A stretch of 64,000 nucleotides of DNA from the NCBI GenBank assembly GCA_965215195.1, contig CBDCDC010000002.1, positions 3,904,001-3,968,000 of the forward strand, given 5' to 3'. The first letter of the stretch is position 1, and each line of letters begins with the position of its first letter. Under the pieces are notes generated by a model. That model did no database searches and had not been told where the DNA came from. It worked only from the letters and a program-made list of their open reading frames with translations. The DNA comes from Candidatus Latescibacterota bacterium. Its GTDB lineage: Bacteria; Latescibacterota; UBA2968; UBA8231. Shown here piece by piece: positions 1 through 9,704 of the stretch. The position numbers and the translations under genes were made by a program.

Positions 1-465
1 GGGCTGATCAACCGCCTAGACTACCAATTCTCGCTGGGCCGCATGGCAGTGCAACCGCGCTTCAAGCACGAACTCTTCATGGACGACACGCCCTACAACA
101 TCGGCCGCCTGACCGGCCCCGCCACGGCCGAGCGCGAGGACTGGAGCGGGATCTTCTCGCTCTTGTTGCGGCGTCCCTTTTTGAACCACGTGTTGCTGCA
201 GTTGGGCGTTGAGCATCTCATCTTCCGCGATTTTACCCAAGACGAAACGGCTGCCGCTGGCTTGCGCGTCGGCCATGCGACCGGGGATTTCGCCGAGACT
301 TCGCTCGCCGTGCAACTTTCCATTGACACGCCGTACCTCGGCTATACCCTGCAAACCCTGCTGGGGATCAGGGTGAGCAGACGCCATTTGGAGCGCTTTG
401 AACAGCCCAGCGCTCGAGAGACGGGGGCCCTCTCCTTTGTGACGGTATATGGCAGCGTCCGCTAG
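1..465 (+). CDS. 3' end of a hypothetical protein, probably an outer-membrane beta-barrel (5'-truncated by the window edge)
   Basis: Frame is open from base 1 (GLINRLDYQFSLGRMAVQ...). Alternating hydrophobic beta-strand pattern, ending FVTVYGSVR. Confidence 0.6.
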   Translation, partial: GLINRLDYQFSLGRMAVQPRFKHELFMDDTPYNIGRLTGPATAEREDWSGIFSLLLRRPFLNHVLLQLGVEHLIFRDFTQDETAAAGLRVGHATGDFAETSLAVQLSIDTPYLGYTLQTLLGIRVSRRHLERFEQPSARETGALSFVTVYGSVR

Positions 466-534
466 GGGCCGGTCGCACCTCGCTGTAATTAGACAACTAA
501 TCACCACTACACCGGCTTAGTAAGGCACAATAAA

Positions 535-2232
535 ATGAACCTGCTATGGTCCTTGTATGCCGGCCTAGTCCTCGCCGCTTGTGCAAAGGATGCCGAGGAA
601 CTGGAAGATCCCGTGCTGGCCGCAGTGGGGGATCGCCGGATAACGGCCTCTCAACTGATCGACTTTGAACAGCGCCTGCCGGCGCAGCTAAAAACGCAGA
701 AATCCGGCTTGGACGGCTACCGCGACTACCTACAGACGATCATCGACAAGGAGATTTTCCTCCAAGAAGCGCTCAAAAGGGGGCTTGACGAGGTGCCGGA
801 GGTGGCGCAGAAGCTGCGCAAGGAAAAGGCCGAACGGGTGTTGCGGCTGTTGTTCGAGCGCGAATTCCTCGCCAAAGTCCGCGTCGATGAGCAGGAATTG
901 CGGGCGGCCTACGAGGCCGCGGACAAGGAGCGCGAGGTCAAGCTGCGCCTGATTATCGTTGCCACGCAGGCCGTCGCCGAGGATATCCGGCAAAGCCTTG
1001 CCGACGGGGAGGATTTCACCGCCCTGGCGCTCAGCCGCTCGCTGCACCAATCAACGGCACCGCAGGGTGGGGAATTGGACGGCTACCTGACCGCCAAGCG
1101 CATTCCGATCTACCTGCAAGAATACATAAACGCGCTGGCAGTCGGCGAGTACTCCGAGCCGATTCGCCTGCCCAACGGCCAGTTCGGGATCTACCAAGTC
1201 ATGCACGCCCGGCCCGTGAGTTTTGCCACCGCGAGCAACGCGCTGGAGGCCGAGCTGCGCGAGGAAAAGACGACCGCACTGATAGAGGCATTCTCGGCGC
1301 AACTGCGGGCCGACCTCGACTTGCAGGCCAACAGCGAGACTTTGCAGCAGTTACAGCAATGGGTCGCGGCCGGGCGCAGAGAGTATAACGCCGCAGAACG
1401 CGCCGGGGTACTTTTTCACTTTCGCGGCGGCCGTGTCTCGGTAGGCGATTTCTGGGATTACGCGGACGAGTTGGACATGGGGTTTTCGGGCGACATTGCC
1501 GAGTCCGTGCGCTGGTTTGCCGCAGACGTGCTGCTGCCCCGCACCTTGTTCCTGCACGTGGCCTATGAAAGGGGGATTGACCGCGAAGAGCAGATTGTGC
1601 GCTGGTATCAGCGCCGCAAAGACGCCCTGTTGCTGTTGGCGCTTAGGCAGACGGCGGTCAAGGACCAAATCCATATCGCGCCGGAAGCCGTCAGGAAACT
1701 ATACGACGAGCGGCCCGAGTTGTTCACCGCACCGGAGGAAGTCACACTGCAGGAGATCATGGTGCAAACTCGGGAAGAGGCCGTGGCGATCAGAGAGCGG
1801 ATTGAGGCCGGTGAGGATATGGGAGCACTGGCCAACGAATACACCTTGCGCGCGGCGGGCAAAGGCGCACAAGGCACATTCCACATCCACGCTTTTGAAC
1901 AATCCTTCTACCGAGAATTGATCGACGCGGTACACAGCGCCGAGATCGGCCGGTTGTACGGCCCGGTCGCGGTGACGGCGCAGCCCGCCCAAGTGGTCGG
2001 CCCGGAGGCCATGCCGCGGGGCGGCGAGTACTATTCGGTGTTCAAGGTGTTGGAGTCGAATTTCGGCAGTGTCCCCGAGCCTTTTGCCACCGCGGCGAAG
2101 CGGGCGCGGGCGCTGTTGAAGCGCGCCGAGGAGGGCCGCTTGGCGGATGCGTTTTTGATGGGATTGCGGCGGGAGTACGAAGCGAGGGTCGTCGTGTATG
2201 AGGACCGTCTGAAGACGCTGTTGCCGCAGTAG
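535..2232 (+). CDS. PpiC/parvulin-type peptidyl-prolyl isomerase lipoprotein (PrsA/SurA-like, two rotamase domains)
   Basis: Lipobox LVLAAC. Two rotamase-like segments: GEDFTALALSRS...GGELDG and GEDMGALANEYT. Confidence 0.85.
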   Translation: MNLLWSLYAGLVLAACAKDAEELEDPVLAAVGDRRITASQLIDFEQRLPAQLKTQKSGLDGYRDYLQTIIDKEIFLQEALKRGLDEVPEVAQKLRKEKAERVLRLLFEREFLAKVRVDEQELRAAYEAADKEREVKLRLIIVATQAVAEDIRQSLADGEDFTALALSRSLHQSTAPQGGELDGYLTAKRIPIYLQEYINALAVGEYSEPIRLPNGQFGIYQVMHARPVSFATASNALEAELREEKTTALIEAFSAQLRADLDLQANSETLQQLQQWVAAGRREYNAAERAGVLFHFRGGRVSVGDFWDYADELDMGFSGDIAESVRWFAADVLLPRTLFLHVAYERGIDREEQIVRWYQRRKDALLLLALRQTAVKDQIHIAPEAVRKLYDERPELFTAPEEVTLQEIMVQTREEAVAIRERIEAGEDMGALANEYTLRAAGKGAQGTFHIHAFEQSFYRELIDAVHSAEIGRLYGPVAVTAQPAQVVGPEAMPRGGEYYSVFKVLESNFGSVPEPFATAAKRARALLKRAEEGRLADAFLMGLRREYEARVVVYEDRLKTLLPQ

Positions 2233-2391
2233 GCAGAGCGAGTCATTGCCATTAGCCTTTGTGTGGGTTAGCTTCTAGCCTTCATTTATTGAATGTCTTT
2301 GCACTAGATTTCTGCTCTAATCATCTTTCGGCAAATCATTGGCGATCTGTGCTTAGAAGAAGACTTACAGATAAAACAAAATGGAGAAAGA

Positions 2392-4647
2392 ATGACACAA
2401 CAATCGGACATTATCCAAGAGACACTCAAAGATAGCAATTATCATCTCGGCTTGTTCAAAGAAGATGAAATTGCAACTCTGTGCCAAAAGGTCTTTATCA
2501 AAATGACCAGCACAGGCAAGAAAATTCCCTATGTGAAGTGTATTGTGCGGGGCAAGGATATTCAACTCAAGCCGGAAGAAATCGTCCGCCAACTCTACGC
2601 AAAGAGACTTATCGATCAGTATCGCTATACCAAAAATCGGTTGGGTTTTGAATACCCGGTTAGCTTTGGGCGCGAAAAGAAAAAGGCCGATATTGTCATT
2701 TTTGATAAAGACCGGCCTGATACAGCCTATATCATCGTTGAAGTAAAAAAGCCCAAACTCAAAGATGGAAAAAGCCAGCTTCGATCCTATTGCAACGCCA
2801 CAGGTGCGCCGATTGGCGTCTGGACGAATGGAGAGCAAATTTCCCATTACCACCGCAAAGACCCCAATTACTTTGAAGACATCACCGATGTTCCAAATAG
2901 CGAGCAAAGACTTGAGGACATTCTCAGTGAACGCTTTACACTCAAAGACTTAATCACCAAGGATAAGATCGCCAATGAGCGAAAATCTCTCAAAGATATT
3001 ATCCTCGAAATGGAAGATGAAGTCTTGGCAAATGCCGGAGTAGATGTATTCGAGGAGCTTTTCAAGCTCATATTTACCAAGCTCTACGACGAGTTCCTTA
3101 GCCAAGACGATAAGGAATTCATCAATCGTTCTATCCGTCGTGCTATATCAACTGTTGTTAGTGAGCCAAAACAACAAGGCCGCCTTGATGGACAGAATTA
3201 CGATGTCCTCAAGGCAGAAGTCGAAAAAATCCCAGACTACTACTTTAGGGTAATGGAGTTCAGAAACACCGGACAGACTGATACGGAGCTCAAGGACAAA
3301 ATACAAAGCCTGTTCGATAAGGCAAAAAAGAAGTGGCCAGGTGTTTTTCCAGAAGGCTCTACATTTGATCTTTCAGACAGCCACTTATCCGTCTGCGTGT
3401 CCAGTTTGCAGGATGTCAAATTGTTCAACTCCAATTTACTGGTCGTGGATGAAGCATTTGAATATCTGGTCAACAAATCTGCTAAAGGCGAAAAAGGACA
3501 ATACTTTACGCCTCGTCATATCATTGATATGTGCGTACAAATGCTCAATCCACAACCCGGCGAATACATGATTGACACCGCCTCCGGCAGTTGCGGTTTC
3601 CCGGTGCATACTATCTTCAAGCTCACTGGACACCTGTTTGGCAATTCGGATATAACAGATAAAGAAAAAGAGAATGTGCTGAAAGTATTTGGCATAGACT
3701 TTGACGAAAAAACAGTCCGTGTTGCTCGCACTCTGAATCTGATTGCAGGAGATGGCGAAACCAATGTTTTGCACTTGAATACTCTAGACTTTGAACGCTG
3801 GCGAGATAAGACCAGAGATACAAATTGGATCATAACCTATGGCAAAGGTTTTGAACGACTGGAAAAACTGCGAACTAAAAAAGACCAAAACAAGCGGTTT
3901 AACTTCGACATCTTGATGGCAAACCCGCCCTTTGCAGGAGACATCAAGGAAGGTCGCCTTTTGCATCAATACGAACTCAGTTTTAAGGCAAACGGCAAGG
4001 CGCAAAGCAAAGTCGGGCGCGATATACTGTTTATCGAGCGCAATCTGGACTTTCTCAAACCCGGTGGACGTATGGCGATTGTGCTGCCACAGGGCAGATT
4101 CAACAACACATCTAATAAATACATCCGAGAGTTTATCGCAGATCATGCTCGCATCTTGGCTGTAGTTGGGCTACATGGCAATACTTTTAAGCCGCATACG
4201 GGCACCAAGACCAGTGTGTTGTTTCTGCAAAAGTGGAATAATGACCCGGCAAAAGGGCCGCTTTGTCCCAGAGTAGATGACTATCCCATCTTTTTTGCTG
4301 TGAGTGAGAAGGGGGGAAAGGACAACTCCGGCGATTATATCTATCTCGAAGATAGAAATGGACAGGATAAGTTGGACAGAAACGGCCATCTAATTGTTGA
4401 CCACGATTTGCACAATCACGATGGAGAGTTGCCCGATGGAATAGCAGAGGCGTTTATTGCGTGGGCTAAAAGTGAAAAGCTGAGCTTCTGGAGAGTTGAA
4501 GAAGATAGGCTTGACAACAAGAGGCGTAAGGCATGGCAGAACATTATCAACAGTAATCGCAATCGGCGGCTTTATGTTGATCCCAATATCGACATTTCCC
4601 GCTTGGCCGACGAAATGAACGATGTGGAAATGGAGTTTGATGGGTGA
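2392..4647 (+). CDS. Fused restriction endonuclease (HsdR_N-like PD-(D/E)xK) and N6-adenine DNA methyltransferase, type IIG/IIB-like, with an extra C-terminal tail
   Basis: N-terminal PEEIVRQ...ADIVIF...IIVEVKKP. MTase motifs GQYFTPR, IDTASGSCGF and NPPF. AT-rich relative to flanks. Confidence 0.9.
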   Translation: MTQQSDIIQETLKDSNYHLGLFKEDEIATLCQKVFIKMTSTGKKIPYVKCIVRGKDIQLKPEEIVRQLYAKRLIDQYRYTKNRLGFEYPVSFGREKKKADIVIFDKDRPDTAYIIVEVKKPKLKDGKSQLRSYCNATGAPIGVWTNGEQISHYHRKDPNYFEDITDVPNSEQRLEDILSERFTLKDLITKDKIANERKSLKDIILEMEDEVLANAGVDVFEELFKLIFTKLYDEFLSQDDKEFINRSIRRAISTVVSEPKQQGRLDGQNYDVLKAEVEKIPDYYFRVMEFRNTGQTDTELKDKIQSLFDKAKKKWPGVFPEGSTFDLSDSHLSVCVSSLQDVKLFNSNLLVVDEAFEYLVNKSAKGEKGQYFTPRHIIDMCVQMLNPQPGEYMIDTASGSCGFPVHTIFKLTGHLFGNSDITDKEKENVLKVFGIDFDEKTVRVARTLNLIAGDGETNVLHLNTLDFERWRDKTRDTNWIITYGKGFERLEKLRTKKDQNKRFNFDILMANPPFAGDIKEGRLLHQYELSFKANGKAQSKVGRDILFIERNLDFLKPGGRMAIVLPQGRFNNTSNKYIREFIADHARILAVVGLHGNTFKPHTGTKTSVLFLQKWNNDPAKGPLCPRVDDYPIFFAVSEKGGKDNSGDYIYLEDRNGQDKLDRNGHLIVDHDLHNHDGELPDGIAEAFIAWAKSEKLSFWRVEEDRLDNKRRKAWQNIINSNRNRRLYVDPNIDISRLADEMNDVEMEFDG

Positions 4648-5048
4648 TTTACATCGATACAGATGTCTTGGTCAATGCCTATGTTGTTCAGGATATTGCT
4701 AAAAATCGACAAGCTAATCAGCTCATTAAGCAAGCAAATGACAACGATGTTGCGATCATCTCAACGCTTAGTGTTCAGGAATTGTTATTTGTGCTTGCAA
4801 AGCTGGACATTCAAGATGAAATTATCCACAGCGTTTATAACGAAGTCATGCAACTAGAGCCTCTTGCCTATGACATAGAAACTCTACGAAGGGCGTTTGA
4901 TATAGCAAATCGCATCGGATTCAGAAACATCAATGACTGTATTCATACGGCGATTGCTGAACAGCATTGCACGGAACTGATTACCTACAACAAGACAGAC
5001 TTCAGCAAAATCAAAGAAATTACAACGGTTAACTTGATGATACTGTGA
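4644..5048 (+). CDS. vapC: PIN-domain (VapC-like) ribonuclease toxin
   Basis: IYIDTDVLV, SVQEL, INDCIHTAIA and ITYNKTDF give the PIN acidic motifs. GTGA overlap with the upstream stop codon. Confidence 0.88.
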   Translation: MIYIDTDVLVNAYVVQDIAKNRQANQLIKQANDNDVAIISTLSVQELLFVLAKLDIQDEIIHSVYNEVMQLEPLAYDIETLRRAFDIANRIGFRNINDCIHTAIAEQHCTELITYNKTDFSKIKEITTVNLMIL

Positions 5049-5070
5049 CGAAGTAAATGAGGAGCTAAAG

Positions 5071-6495
5071 ATGCAGTATTCGATTGTCAAATTGAGTGAA
5101 ATAGAATCTATATCTTCACGACTTGATGCGGAGTACTATAGTTCAATTTTTCTTAAAACAGAAAAACAATTAAAATGTGGTAGTTGGGATTATTTAGAAA
5201 ATTTGGTGGAGTCCATAAAGAGTTTTGGATCATACTCCCTTTGTAATCAAATTGAATACACCGAGATTGGCATCCCATTCCTTAGAGCAAAGGATATAAA
5301 AGCGGGACTTATTGATTTTTCAGACGTACTGTATATCAGCGATGAAAAGAATGAGCTTTTATGGAAGTCAGAAATTAAACCAGAGACTGTCCTACTTACT
5401 ATGTCAGGCACTATTGGCAACTCATCAATAGCAACAAAAGAAATAAACTATCCAATAAATTCAAGTCAAGATATTGCAAAAATAATAACTAATCAGAGAC
5501 TCAACCCCTATTATCTTTCAATTTTTCTTCAGTCAATTTATGGAAAAAGGCAAATGTCTAGGATACCGATAGGAAGCGTACAGCAATACATATTTTTATG
5601 GCAGCTTGAAAAATTACTTATTCCTGTGTTTGGAAACGAAATTCAATCAAGTATAGAGAATGCTTTCAAATTGATGTTATCAACTAATAAAAAAGCTAAC
5701 AATGTCTACAACCAAGCCCAAACCCTTCTTCTATCCGAACTCGGCCTTGCCGACTGGCAACCCAAACACCGCCGAACCTTTGTCAAAAACTATTCCGATA
5801 CTCAACGAGCCGAACGCATTGACGCCGAGTATTTTCAGCCGAAATACGAAGAAATCGTCTATGCCATCAAAAGTTACGCGGGTAGATGGGAGACGCTGGG
5901 AAATCTGGTGACAATAAAAAAATGCGTAGAGGTGGGAAGCAAAGAGTACCTCACTGAGGGCATACCCTTCGTACGAGTGAGCAATCTAAGCCCATTTGAA
6001 ATCACAGAAGAAAAATACATTTCCGAAGCGTTGTATGCGGATCTCGTTAAACATCAACCCGAACAAGGCGAGATACTATTCAGCAAAGACGCAACACCCG
6101 GCATAGCCCATTATTTGCGGCAACAACCCCCAAAAATGATTCCTTCTGGTGGCATACTCCGATTAAAAAGCAAAACAGATAAAATCGCTAATGAGTACCT
6201 GACGCTGGTGCTTAACTCACTACTAACAAAAGAACAAGTCAATCGCGATGTCGGCGGCTCAGTGATTCTACATTGGCGATCAGATCAAGTGCAGGGAACA
6301 GTTATTCCCATTCTGCCCATAAAAAAACAAACTCAAATACAGCAAAAAGTTGCTGAATCTTTCAACTTGCGAAATCAGTCTAAGCACCTGCTGGAATGCG
6401 CCAAGCGAGCAGTGGAAATAGCAATTGAGCAGGGCGAACAAACAGCGATTGATTGGTTGGAAAAAGGAATCCAACCAAGACGAACATCATTTTGA
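5071..6495 (+). CDS. hsdS: Restriction-modification specificity subunit (two target recognition domains)
   Basis: Two related halves start RLDAEYY and RIDAEYF, with GIPFLRA and GIPFVRV motifs. GAGGAG RBS upstream. Confidence 0.88.
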   Translation: MQYSIVKLSEIESISSRLDAEYYSSIFLKTEKQLKCGSWDYLENLVESIKSFGSYSLCNQIEYTEIGIPFLRAKDIKAGLIDFSDVLYISDEKNELLWKSEIKPETVLLTMSGTIGNSSIATKEINYPINSSQDIAKIITNQRLNPYYLSIFLQSIYGKRQMSRIPIGSVQQYIFLWQLEKLLIPVFGNEIQSSIENAFKLMLSTNKKANNVYNQAQTLLLSELGLADWQPKHRRTFVKNYSDTQRAERIDAEYFQPKYEEIVYAIKSYAGRWETLGNLVTIKKCVEVGSKEYLTEGIPFVRVSNLSPFEITEEKYISEALYADLVKHQPEQGEILFSKDATPGIAHYLRQQPPKMIPSGGILRLKSKTDKIANEYLTLVLNSLLTKEQVNRDVGGSVILHWRSDQVQGTVIPILPIKKQTQIQQKVAESFNLRNQSKHLLECAKRAVEIAIEQGEQTAIDWLEKGIQPRRTSF

Positions 6496-6697
6496 AAGAG
6501 TGACTGGCGACACTTATGCGATTGTCATACACACAGGCAGAGGGTTAATCGCCAGTTATGCTGTTAGAACTCGGGTTGAAAAACTGCGAGATATTTGGCT
6601 GCATTGAGCAAAAAGTATCCCTGTCCAATCCAGCGCACTAGGCTTGAGAAGGATACAAACGGCAGTTCATTCGCTTCGTTTCTGAGGAGGACCAGTC

Positions 6698-7852
6698 GTG
6701 AAAATCACCAATGTTGAAGTCATTCACTTTCGCACCCAGCACCGCGGCCGCAGTGCTGGCTCGCGCTGGGGCTACGGCGTGTGGATTGACGACGAGGAAG
6801 TGGAAAGCACCGCTGCGATTACCCGAATTTCCACGGACGAAGGCGTCACCGGGCACATGCTGGGCGGCAACAAGGCGACCATGGAAGGTGCCGTCAAAAA
6901 TCTCTTGGTCGGCGAGGATCCCCTCAACCGCGAGAAACTATGGCACTGGATGGACCAGATGTCCACGTTTGGCCACAGCCTCGCCGAACACGAACTCGGC
7001 ATTGTCGATTGTGCGTTGTGGGATCTGGCCGGGCAAAAAGCCGGCATGCCCGTGTACCAACTTTTGGGCGGCACCCGCGACAGGGTCGAAGCATACGCCA
7101 GCACGTACCCGAACTTGGGCGGCCCCGAGGTATATGTAGATCTGGCGCACGAGTGCGTAGCACGCGGTTACAAAGCCTTCAAAGTACACGCCAACATTTG
7201 CTGGAATCCGCACACGCGGGAGCCAGCGCCGCAACTGCCGGGATTTCCCAAAGAGGATGTAGAGATCTGTCGCGCCGTGCGCGAGACCGTGGGCGACGAC
7301 ATCGCGCTGATGCTCGATCCGTTCGGGGTCTATACTCTGGAGGAATCGCTGTGGGTCGCGCGGGAATTGGAAGAATTGAATTACTATTGGTTGGAACACC
7401 CAATGGTGGAGACGCGGGTAGAGGCCTACCGCCGCTTGACGCAGCAAACCACCATTGCCATTTGTTCCCCGGAACACGTCAAGGGCGGCCCCTTTGCGCG
7501 GGCCGAGTGGCTGTTGCAGGGGGCCTGCGACATGCTGCGCATTGACGTGAATTACGGCGGCATCACGGGCTGCTGGAAGCTGATCAATTTGTGCCAGCTC
7601 TACGGCGTACAATGCGAACTGCACGGGGTTGGGGCCCCGCACGTGCATTTGGCCGCGGCCGCCCCCGAAGCCACCTGCCGCTATTACGAGCGCGGTCTGT
7701 TGCGGCTTGGGCGCGAATACGACGAAAGCCCGCCTCACCTTGGACAGATTGCCGATCCCATGGATGGCGAAGGGTGCGTCCGCGTTTCGCAAGAACCGGG
7801 GCTGGGGATAGCCTACAACTGGGATTATATCAATGCCAACCGCATTGATTGA
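6698..7852 (+). CDS. Mandelate racemase / muconate lactonizing enzyme family (enolase superfamily)
   Basis: DCALWDLAG, KAFKVH, LMLDP, WLEHP and SPEH motifs. GAGGAGG RBS before the GTG start. Confidence 0.9.
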   Translation: MKITNVEVIHFRTQHRGRSAGSRWGYGVWIDDEEVESTAAITRISTDEGVTGHMLGGNKATMEGAVKNLLVGEDPLNREKLWHWMDQMSTFGHSLAEHELGIVDCALWDLAGQKAGMPVYQLLGGTRDRVEAYASTYPNLGGPEVYVDLAHECVARGYKAFKVHANICWNPHTREPAPQLPGFPKEDVEICRAVRETVGDDIALMLDPFGVYTLEESLWVARELEELNYYWLEHPMVETRVEAYRRLTQQTTIAICSPEHVKGGPFARAEWLLQGACDMLRIDVNYGGITGCWKLINLCQLYGVQCELHGVGAPHVHLAAAAPEATCRYYERGLLRLGREYDESPPHLGQIADPMDGEGCVRVSQEPGLGIAYNWDYINANRID

Positions 7853-7915
7853 GCCGGAGGGCATGGGACGTGCTGGTCCGGTGAACTGCTGGCGTGCGCA
7901 AAGGTAGATGCGCTG

Positions 7916-9667
7916 GTGCTCATTGCCAGCCAGCCGCGGTGGGCCCCGGGGATCGTCTTTGTACTGGCACTGGGCCTGCGTCTGGTACATGCGTTCGAGA
8001 TGTCGGTCAGTCCGCTTTTTACTATGCCGGCGGTAGATGCGGCCACGTACGCCGAACAGGCCGCTAGCCTAGCCGCGGGCAACTGGTTGGGCCGCGGCCA
8101 AGGCCCGTTCTGGCAACCCCCGCTCTATCCTTATTTCCTCGGCGCAATCAAGCTCGCATTTCCAGAATCCTTTTACTACGTATCCCGCTTTGCACAGGCG
8201 CTAATCGGCAGCCTTAGCTGCGCGTTGCTGTACCCGATTGGGCAGCGGCTTTTTGGGTCCGGCGTCGGTTTCAGCGGCGGGCTCATTGCAGCAGTGTACG
8301 GGCCGCTGATCTATTTTGACGCCCGGCTTTTGCCGGTTGGGCTAGCTACTCTTCTCACCCTTGTAAGTCTCTGGCTGTTAATCCGCGCGGTTGAGCGGCC
8401 GACGAGACCCATTTTTATGGCCGCGGGTTTTGCGCTGGGCCTCGCATCCCTTACCGCGGCGATTCTCGCGCCCTTGATTCCGGGCGTGGCCATCTGGCTG
8501 TTGTGTTGGTTGCGGAAAAACACTGCGCCTTTTCTGCTGGGAGCGGTGCTGGCGATTGCGCCGGTGACGCTGAGAAACTACGCCATTGGCGGCGACATGG
8601 TGCCGATCTCCTATAACGGAGGGGTGAATTTCTACATAGGAAACAACGCAAACGCCGCGCAGACGCTCGCGCTGCGCCCGGGATGGGAATGGGAGGAACT
8701 GGTTGCCCGGCCCCTGCGGGAAGGGATTGTGCGCCCGTCGGCCAAGTCCCTGTTCTTTTACCGACAGGCTCTCGAGTACATGCAGAATGCGCCCCTCGAT
8801 TACATGGGCTTGCTAGCGGCAAAAACAGCCCAGTTCTGGCGCGGCGATGAAATAGAGCGCAATCAGGAAATGTACTATTGGCGCAAGTATTCAAGCGTTC
8901 TCGCCGTTGCGTTGTGGAAATGGGGGGTGGCTTTTCCCTTTGGCTTGGTAAGCCCGTTCGCGCTGTTGGGTCTGATAGTGTACATCCGGCGGCGTGGCAT
9001 TGCGCTGCCGGTGCTTTTCGTCCTCGGCTATAGCTTCGCGGTCATTTCCTTTTTTGTCGCGGCTCGTTACCGCCTGCCAATCGTGCCGCTGCTGATTCTG
9101 TTCGCCGCGTACGGGGGGAGCTGGCTGTATGCGAGATGGCGTCTTTGGCCAACGGTCTGCCTCGCCCTCTTGGTGCTGTTGGTGAATTGGGAGCTGCCGC
9201 CAATGGATGGGCGGGGCAAGGCCGCCACGCACAATGACTTGGGCAACGCCTACCTGCAACAAGGCCGCTACGACATGGCGCTACTGAAATACGAACAGGC
9301 CACGCGGCTCGACTCGACGTATTGGCAGGCTTGGTTCAACCTCGGTTCACTGCGGGCTATGCGCGGCGATTTGCGCGGCGCGCTGCCCATCCTCCTGAAC
9401 GTGTTGGAGCACGAGCGGGAACGCGCTGACGTGTGGAGCAATGTGGCCGGCGTCTATGTCGGACTCGGGGAGTACCCACAGGCGACTCGTACGCTTGAAA
9501 ATGCCTTGCTCGTGGCCCCACCGCGCCCCGACATCTACGCCGAGTTGATGCGATTGTATCTTTTTCAACGGGAATACGACAAGGCGGACGCCCTGTATCA
9601 TCGGGCGTCGTTGGAGTTTCCCGACGATATGCACTTGCGATCCATGCACGATGCGATAAACCATTGA
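7916..9667 (+). CDS. GT-C (PMT/ArnT-like) membrane glycosyltransferase with C-terminal TPRs
   Basis: DAATY, WQPPLYPYFLG, GGVNFYIGNN and ARYRLP motifs, many TM helices, TPR-like HNDLGNAY. Start codon uncertain. Confidence 0.8.
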   Translation: MLIASQPRWAPGIVFVLALGLRLVHAFEMSVSPLFTMPAVDAATYAEQAASLAAGNWLGRGQGPFWQPPLYPYFLGAIKLAFPESFYYVSRFAQALIGSLSCALLYPIGQRLFGSGVGFSGGLIAAVYGPLIYFDARLLPVGLATLLTLVSLWLLIRAVERPTRPIFMAAGFALGLASLTAAILAPLIPGVAIWLLCWLRKNTAPFLLGAVLAIAPVTLRNYAIGGDMVPISYNGGVNFYIGNNANAAQTLALRPGWEWEELVARPLREGIVRPSAKSLFFYRQALEYMQNAPLDYMGLLAAKTAQFWRGDEIERNQEMYYWRKYSSVLAVALWKWGVAFPFGLVSPFALLGLIVYIRRRGIALPVLFVLGYSFAVISFFVAARYRLPIVPLLILFAAYGGSWLYARWRLWPTVCLALLVLLVNWELPPMDGRGKAATHNDLGNAYLQQGRYDMALLKYEQATRLDSTYWQAWFNLGSLRAMRGDLRGALPILLNVLEHERERADVWSNVAGVYVGLGEYPQATRTLENALLVAPPRPDIYAELMRLYLFQREYDKADALYHRASLEFPDDMHLRSMHDAINH

Positions 9668-9704
9668 TTCATCGCCCATCTGATTTCTAGAGAGGTGCAA
9701 TCGT

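Noticed and set aside
6425-6607. Short ORF as a HicB-like remnant (YAIVIH)
   Set aside because: Similarity is too short, and there is no convincing start or RBS.
6618-6629. 12-mer tccctgtccaat shared with the minus strand near 60912-60923, both near AT-rich inserts
   Set aside because: Many 12-nt matches are expected by chance in 64 kb.
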